A stretch of DNA of 64,000 bases from Clostridia bacterium (GTDB lineage: Bacteria > Bacillota > Clostridia > UBA1381 > UBA9506): positions 41,675-105,674 of the forward strand of contig JAFQAZ010000022.1 of assembly GCA_017416855.1 (NCBI GenBank), in the 5' to 3' direction. Numbering within the stretch: the stretch's first letter is position 1; every line of letters begins with the position of its first letter. This document shows, one piece after another, positions 58,352-64,000 of the stretch. The notes under the pieces were generated by a model, which saw nothing but the letters and a program-made list of their open reading frames with translations, did no database searches and was not told where the DNA came from. Both the position numbers and the translations under genes were made by a program.

Positions 58352-59401
58352 CTAAATATTATATAATTCCCGCGGATAGTCAAAACAGCCCTTTGTAGCC
58401 AACGACCAATCCTTACCTTTGTCTTTTTGCAGAGCCATTTGATACATTTTATAACCAAGAGCAACATCTACATAAGAAAGTCCTACTGCATTAAAATAAA
58501 TAAATTCATGGTCATGCTCCCGACCAACAATTTGACCAGAAACAATTTTGTCAAGGTCAGAATAAATATCTTCATCTGATAATTTTCCTGTTTTATACAA
58601 ACGGCTGATTGTTTGTGTTCGATGTTTTACTGATTCCCAATGATCGCAAACAATTTTATCTGCTTTTAAAGCAACCTCATATTCATCTTCCCAGCCGCCA
58701 ACGTGGCAATATAAACAACCTTTTTTTATCCACTCTGCCTTTAAAAGAGGAGTCTGTCCACTAATAGCAGTAACAATAATATCTGTATTTATCGTTGCTT
58801 TTTCATAATCCGTATTGCACAACTCAAATTTAACATCCGGATAAAAATTACTAAGCTCTTTTACAAATTTTTTTTCACTTTCAGATTTTCTAGATGCAAC
58901 TTTGCATATTTTTATAGATTTAAACATAGATTTCATGGCCATAAAATGCATTTTAGCTTGCTCGCCTGAGCCAATAAAACCTATTGTTTCCACTGTCGAT
59001 GGCGCAAGATATTTTGCTGCTACTGTGCTAATGGCAGCTGTACGTAATGCCGAACACATCGTTCCTTCCAAAAACGCAATAGGATATCCCTTTTCAATTT
59101 CTGAAAGAACTATAACCGCTGAAACATTAGTACATCCAAAACGTATAGGATTATCAGGAAAAACCGATACCCATTTCATCCCGCAAATTTTTTCTTTTAA
59201 AAGTGTAGCAGGCAAGCAATTTATTCTATCCTGCGTTTGTTCATTAAAAATCTGAGATATCTTTTCTGGATATAAAATGTCACCATTATTATAATCACGC
59301 AATGCGTTCTCAGTTACTTCAATTGCCATACCAATATCATAACATCCAGACTCAAACAAATCATTCTGAGTCAATAGTCTCATCGTCAGTTCCTGTTTCA
59401 T
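58352..59401 (-). CDS. ornithine cyclodeaminase / mu-crystallin family NAD-dependent enzyme
   Basis: It is 349 aa with an NAD-binding loop (IGFIGSGEQAKMH, of the G-x-G-x-Q-A type) and an LRTAAIS block. Confidence 0.65.
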   Translation of the reverse strand: MKQELTMRLLTQNDLFESGCYDIGMAIEVTENALRDYNNGDILYPEKISQIFNEQTQDRINCLPATLLKEKICGMKWVSVFPDNPIRFGCTNVSAVIVLSEIEKGYPIAFLEGTMCSALRTAAISTVAAKYLAPSTVETIGFIGSGEQAKMHFMAMKSMFKSIKICKVASRKSESEKKFVKELSNFYPDVKFELCNTDYEKATINTDIIVTAISGQTPLLKAEWIKKGCLYCHVGGWEDEYEVALKADKIVCDHWESVKHRTQTISRLYKTGKLSDEDIYSDLDKIVSGQIVGREHDHEFIYFNAVGLSYVDVALGYKMYQMALQKDKGKDWSLATKGCFDYPRELYNI

Positions 59402-59412
59402 ATTTTTATCTC

Positions 59413-60672
59413 CTATAAGCTTTCAATATCAAAAAGAAAAAACAACATCTCTCTGTCATCAGCATCTCCTACATGTAAGATATCTTTAATCTCTTGTAAT
59501 CGCTCTTTAAGCTCTTTCATATCTGTAAATGTTACATGTACATAGCAATATACCTGTTGAGCCGTACCCCAATCCTTAATTTCATCACCTTGATAATGAA
59601 CAGGTACAAGTGCTTTGACATAATCAGTATTAAGCACCTGTTCATGGCCGCTAATCGTTTTTATCGTTCCAGGCTTAAGATGAATCGGAAAGATACAATA
59701 GTTTTCTTTAGCTAAAGTTGTATTTTCTTGCATAGTGCTTTTACCAGTAAGAGCATATTCAACCATCATATGCATTTGATTATAGCCATAAAAATATTCT
59801 ACCGGGTAATATGTAAGAGAACCACCAAAACGATAGCCCATCTCATTAAAAGTAAACTCACCTTCATTATTAAAAGCCTCTATCCATATAGGACCTTCGT
59901 GTATGCCTTCCTTCTCAAACATATCTTTTACTTTTTTGTCTAGTGAAGAAATATAGTCTTCTGTATATTGAGAAGGTATGAGCTGAATTGCCATAACCAA
60001 AGATTCTTTACCTTTAATTTTCATAGACTTCTTATCTGTAATTCCTGCAAAATGAAGCTTTCCCTTATGAGCAGTATAATAAATAATTGAAGCTGGATAT
60101 GGCATATACTTTTCTATCAATATTTCTCCTGAGGCAGAAAACTGTAATGCTTCTTCATATGCCTTTTCTAATTCTTTTTCATCATAACATACACAAAACC
60201 CTCGACTGGCACAACTATCTGCCGGTTTCACTATTGCAGGAAATGTTACATCCGAAAAATCTTTATTTTGCCAATCAACATAATATTCTTCTGTAACTGG
60301 CACATTGTGCTTTTTACACATGGCCTTAAAAAGCTTTTTATTGGTACAGTATTGCCAATTTTTCATACTTGTATAGCATGGTAGATGCAAGCGTTTACAA
60401 AGCTCAATACTTTTTTCTATATTAAATTCGCTGACACCAGCAATAACACCATCAATTTTTGCTTCGCGAGACTTTTTTTCCAGCAAATCAATATCAGCTG
60501 TACTGATTTCCCAGTGTTCGTCCGCAATTTGTTTAGCCTTCGACCATTTCGCATCTAAATAGTCGGCTACAATAGTATAAACCCCTATGTTTTTTGCATA
60601 TTCTGTTATTTCAGGACACCCTATAGTGCTTCCACCTAAAATCAGCAGTTTTTTTCCTCTCAGTTCTATCAT
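59413..60672 (-). CDS. ATP-grasp domain protein (carboxylate-amine ligase-like)
   Basis: It has a pre-ATP-grasp Rossmann-like N-terminus (KKLLILGGS) and the central block FPAIVKPADSCASRGFCVC...GEILIEKYM. ATG 60672 (MIELRG) has a GGAG SD. Confidence 0.7.
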   Translation of the reverse strand: MIELRGKKLLILGGSTIGCPEITEYAKNIGVYTIVADYLDAKWSKAKQIADEHWEISTADIDLLEKKSREAKIDGVIAGVSEFNIEKSIELCKRLHLPCYTSMKNWQYCTNKKLFKAMCKKHNVPVTEEYYVDWQNKDFSDVTFPAIVKPADSCASRGFCVCYDEKELEKAYEEALQFSASGEILIEKYMPYPASIIYYTAHKGKLHFAGITDKKSMKIKGKESLVMAIQLIPSQYTEDYISSLDKKVKDMFEKEGIHEGPIWIEAFNNEGEFTFNEMGYRFGGSLTYYPVEYFYGYNQMHMMVEYALTGKSTMQENTTLAKENYCIFPIHLKPGTIKTISGHEQVLNTDYVKALVPVHYQGDEIKDWGTAQQVYCYVHVTFTDMKELKERLQEIKDILHVGDADDREMLFFLFDIESL

Positions 60673-60676
60673 TATA

Positions 60677-61876
60677 TCACTCCACAATCACTTTTATATA
60701 GTCATATATATTCAAAATAGTTTGTTCTAATTTAACCTTATCTGAAAACCGCAAAACTAATGTTCCAATCGCATTATTCGCACCGTTAAATTCATCTACA
60801 AAATCTCCCAGTTTAACCCACAAATCTATTTCTTTTACATTATTCTTAATAATTTCATCAATTTCTAACGAAACAAACTGTCCATTTTTCTCACTGTGCA
60901 AAATCACCTCTGCCCAATAACCGTTATAAATTGGATGATTTAACGTTTGATAAGGCTCACCAACCGCTGCCAGAATAGCATTGGAGATAATATCCGTATC
61001 GCTGGCATATTCCAGCATTTCTGCCAGACGATTGCCACCGCCGCGGGGCGAAACCTCCATGATATATGGCTTACCGTTTGTTCCCACACGAGTTTCGATA
61101 TTATAAATGGAAGTCTTTAGCTCTAACAAATCAGCCAAACGTTGCAGTTCATTTCTTAAAACCACCTGCATTTCTTCATCCATAGTAGGAGGCCAGCTAT
61201 ACGCAGCAGGTGTATAAGGATTTTTTGCATTAACATCAAACCGCTGATCAGAAAAAGAAATATAGGTAAAAATACCGTTATCAGAAAAGCTGTCAGAATC
61301 TGAGGAACAGCCTTTTTTTTCAATAAATTCCTCAATAATAAACCGACCAATATGTGTATATTCCAAAGCAAAAGCAATAGCTTTTTTTAACTCTTCCACT
61401 GAATCTGCCCGCATGACGCCTTTGCTACCGGCAGAATCCACCGGCTTTACGATAACCGGAAAAGAGAATCTTTCCAATTCCAAAAGTGCCTCAGCTTCTG
61501 TAGCATAACTACCGTGTTCCGGCACATTAAAACCATTTTCTTTTAAAAACGCTCTGAATTTTCCCTTATTTTGTAAAATGGACACCGCTTCATAAGAACC
61601 GCAAAACGGCAAGCCCATTTTTTCCGCTACATAAGCCGCCGTCACTACGCCCGGATCGCAGGCAAAGGACATAATGCCGTCAATACTGGCATTTTGTGCT
61701 GCCACCAACACGGCATCTTTTTCAATAATGCTGATATTTAAATATTCATCAGAATATTTATGAGCAATGTTATCCGGCAGATAATCGCAGGTAATAACAT
61801 AAAGACCCAACTTATGTGCTTTTTCAATGACAGGCAAAAGGTACCTTGAACCGCCTAAAAGCATTAATTTTTTCAT
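60677..61876 (-). CDS. ATP-grasp domain protein (carboxylate-amine ligase-like)
   Basis: It has MKKLMLLGGSRY, FPVIVKPVDSAGSKGVMRA, FIIEEFIE and the C-terminal MEVSPRGGGN block. Confidence 0.75.
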   Translation of the reverse strand: MKKLMLLGGSRYLLPVIEKAHKLGLYVITCDYLPDNIAHKYSDEYLNISIIEKDAVLVAAQNASIDGIMSFACDPGVVTAAYVAEKMGLPFCGSYEAVSILQNKGKFRAFLKENGFNVPEHGSYATEAEALLELERFSFPVIVKPVDSAGSKGVMRADSVEELKKAIAFALEYTHIGRFIIEEFIEKKGCSSDSDSFSDNGIFTYISFSDQRFDVNAKNPYTPAAYSWPPTMDEEMQVVLRNELQRLADLLELKTSIYNIETRVGTNGKPYIMEVSPRGGGNRLAEMLEYASDTDIISNAILAAVGEPYQTLNHPIYNGYWAEVILHSEKNGQFVSLEIDEIIKNNVKEIDLWVKLGDFVDEFNGANNAIGTLVLRFSDKVKLEQTILNIYDYIKVIVE

Positions 61877-61928
61877 GACTTAAAACCCCTTTTTAAAACC
61901 CTCTTTATCTTTACAGATAGCATTTAAA

Positions 61929-63383
61929 TTAACGTTTCTTTAATTTATTTTTTGCAAAATTAAAAAGAAACATAAATGATTCCAGACGCAGAAGCGCGGA
62001 AAGACCAACATAGAATACAACCCCAACAATACATTGTACTAAAATTTCTGCAATGTCCGGCAGTTTCAGCAAATTGATAGCAAACACAAGAATAGCCATA
62101 GCAATTGCTAACAAAAAATTCGGCAACAAATCTTTCATTTGTTCAAAATAGGAATAGTTAACCAGCTTTTTATTTGGATATGCATTAATAAAGCAACTGA
62201 TAATCGTAGTGAATATCCCCGTCATCGCAATTGCAATGGGTGAAGCAAAGCAGAAAACAGCTATTGCTAAAGATATGATACCGATTGTTTTCTTGATAAT
62301 TTCCAGTTTTAAAAAAATATCGCTTCTGCCTACTGCATTAATCGCCTGCAGATTACAACTGTGTATAGGATAGAAGGATAAAGATACACAATAAATCATC
62401 ATATAAGGTACACAGGGCAACCACTTATCTGTTAGCAGCAAAGAAACTAAAGATGTTGACACAGCCGCCAACCCCATCATAGCCGGAAAAACAATATAGG
62501 CACTCACTGTAATCGACCGACGCATCAACGCTTTCAACCGAACTCTGTCATCTTGTTCTGCCGCCAATGCCGGTAGCATAACACTTTTAACTGTTCCGTT
62601 AATCGTATTAATAATCATTTGTGGAAATTGCTTTCCCCGATTATAAAAACCCAAGGTAGAGCCGTCATATCTTTTGCCAATGACAAGACTCCGTAAATCT
62701 TGATACAGCGTATCCAACAAAGAAGAAACAACTAGCTTCCATCCAAAACGCAAAAAAACTCTCACACGCTTAAGATTGCATATAAAAATCAGGCGCAGCC
62801 TCACAGTAAACCACATGATAGCGCAAGTCGCTACAGAATTTAACAAAGTTTGAACCACCAACGCCCACAGACCGCCACCCATTAGCGCCACAACAATACC
62901 ACCAACACCGGCAATAGCCACAGCGCCAACATTACTGATAAACACTTTACGGAAATCCATTTCGCGACGAACTTTTGCAATTTGAACAGAATTAAGAGCG
63001 CCGGAGAATAACATAAGAGCCAATACGCGTAGTGGTGCAACAATATCAGGCATTTTGTAAAATGTTGCAATCAGTGGCGATGTCCAAAAGATAAGGGCAT
63101 ATAAAACAGCAGCAATCAGAATAGACACCCAAAAAACTGAAGAATAATCCTCTTCTTTTACATCTTTGTTCTGAATCAATGCCATATTAAATCCATTTTG
63201 CACAAACACAGTGGCAAGGGATGTAAAAATAATCATGATCGATAAAATACCATAGTGCTCAGGATCTAAAATACGTGCTAAAACAATTTGCAGTGCAAAT
63301 TGAATCCCATGTACACCACAGCTTTCTAAAAATTTCCACCACAAGCCTTTAACTATTGTATTCGTATCGCTGTTTCTGGACAA
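61929..63383 (-). CDS. wzx: MOP-superfamily polysaccharide/oligosaccharide flippase (Wzx-like)
   Basis: It is 484 aa with about 12-14 TM segments and the LARILDPEHYGILS ... VFWVSIL pattern of polysaccharide biosynthesis (Polysacc_synt) proteins. Confidence 0.8.
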   Translation of the reverse strand: MSRNSDTNTIVKGLWWKFLESCGVHGIQFALQIVLARILDPEHYGILSIMIIFTSLATVFVQNGFNMALIQNKDVKEEDYSSVFWVSILIAAVLYALIFWTSPLIATFYKMPDIVAPLRVLALMLFSGALNSVQIAKVRREMDFRKVFISNVGAVAIAGVGGIVVALMGGGLWALVVQTLLNSVATCAIMWFTVRLRLIFICNLKRVRVFLRFGWKLVVSSLLDTLYQDLRSLVIGKRYDGSTLGFYNRGKQFPQMIINTINGTVKSVMLPALAAEQDDRVRLKALMRRSITVSAYIVFPAMMGLAAVSTSLVSLLLTDKWLPCVPYMMIYCVSLSFYPIHSCNLQAINAVGRSDIFLKLEIIKKTIGIISLAIAVFCFASPIAIAMTGIFTTIISCFINAYPNKKLVNYSYFEQMKDLLPNFLLAIAMAILVFAINLLKLPDIAEILVQCIVGVVFYVGLSALLRLESFMFLFNFAKNKLKKR

Positions 63384-63398
63384 TATTACCTCTCCCTT

Positions 63399-64000
63399 TT
63401 ACAGCTTTAATTTTTTTCTTAATAAACCGGGGCATAAATAATACATAAGATAAGCCCCGCTTAATTTCAAAGAATAAAACCAATTAAATTTATATTTCTT
63501 TTTAAAATCTGCAAAGTATTGTTTGACAATATCATTATTAAACTGTAATGATAATGACATCAGCCGTAAATATGCATTATACATAATCTTATCATGATAA
63601 ACACCATTACTAACTTCATCAAACAGAAGAGTCCCGTCGCAAAAATTGAGGTGATGCTGACTTTGTTTCTTTTCAGAAAACTGTGCATATCTCTGATGCC
63701 AATTACCCTCTGTCAGCAAACGGCGATAGGACATAATTTGATTAATAAAATATGTATTTCCATAAAGCAGAGTTGCATACATAATAGTCTGATCACCATT
63801 CATCTTTGTTCTTAACTGTTGTCTCTCTTCTGACACGAATACTTTTTTAGATATAAAATAGGAACTGGTATGAAAAGCATATGCTCCTTTAATAAACAAC
63901 AAATCTGACAATTCCTCTTTTGAAAGTAACTTATTTTCATGTAAGCCACAACCATCACCAGGAATAACCCGCGAATTCATAGACATATCCTCATTAACGC
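63399..64000 (-). CDS. hypothetical protein, possibly the C-terminal part of a glycosyltransferase; the 5' end lies outside the window
   Basis: The frame remains open upstream of the track's ATG (…VNEDMSMNSRV) to nt 64000. It sits next to wzx in a glycan locus. I could not recognise a diagnostic motif. Confidence 0.35.
   Translation of the reverse strand, partial: VNEDMSMNSRVIPGDGCGLHENKLLSKEELSDLLFIKGAYAFHTSSYFISKKVFVSEERQQLRTKMNGDQTIMYATLLYGNTYFINQIMSYRRLLTEGNWHQRYAQFSEKKQSQHHLNFCDGTLLFDEVSNGVYHDKIMYNAYLRLMSLSLQFNNDIVKQYFADFKKKYKFNWFYSLKLSGAYLMYYLCPGLLRKKLKL

Overview
This 64-kb window looks like chromosomal DNA from a low-GC, strictly anaerobic Gram-positive bacterium, probably Clostridia-like. 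That inference rests on an SLH-domain S-layer-type protein, a HydABC-type [FeFe] hydrogenase, indolepyruvate:ferredoxin oxidoreductase and a glycyl-radical enzyme. I saw no rRNA, tRNA, CRISPR array, prophage or classical IS element. About 60 protein genes can be supported.

Gene content in order:
- 243-3933: an SDR / short glycyl-radical enzyme / activase cassette.
- 4009-8046: iorAB, an ACT protein and a YnbB-like PLP enzyme.
- 8207-12151: a five-gene minus-strand block of envelope or unknown proteins, including a patatin-like lipase and a class-I amidotransferase.
- 12750-18565: rsmA, an LCP protein, M14 and M23 peptidases, ribF and truB.
- 18936-24036: a five-gene electron-bifurcating-type hydrogenase operon with a candidate Rex operator.
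- 24248-31285: small sugar loci, namely araD-like / G1P-dehydrogenase-like / DeoR, then kduI / SGNH esterase / kduD-like / LacI.
- 31399-33189: capA followed 3 nt later by a RAYT-like HUH transposase.
- 33494-36487: a 997-aa SLH protein gene.
- 36880-47793: pyrG, comF, the trxA-yhbY-nadD-yqeK-rsfS-leuS string, degV, lysC, a bactofilin and mntP.
- 48327 to the window end: a large surface-polysaccharide locus.

The items most worth follow-up:
1. An AT-rich glycan-tailoring module that combines a DegT aminotransferase, an ornithine-cyclodeaminase-family enzyme and two ATP-grasp ligases.
2. The unusually short glycyl-radical enzyme.
3. A family of 48-nt REP-like double hairpins. One hairpin is embedded 24/24 inside the RAYT coding sequence, and two inverted copies bracket the S-layer gene.
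4. A roughly 215-nt structured leader upstream of comF.
5. Two Cys-to-Ser (AGC) replacements at normally invariant positions: the PyrG glutaminase nucleophile and the HydA TSCCP motif.
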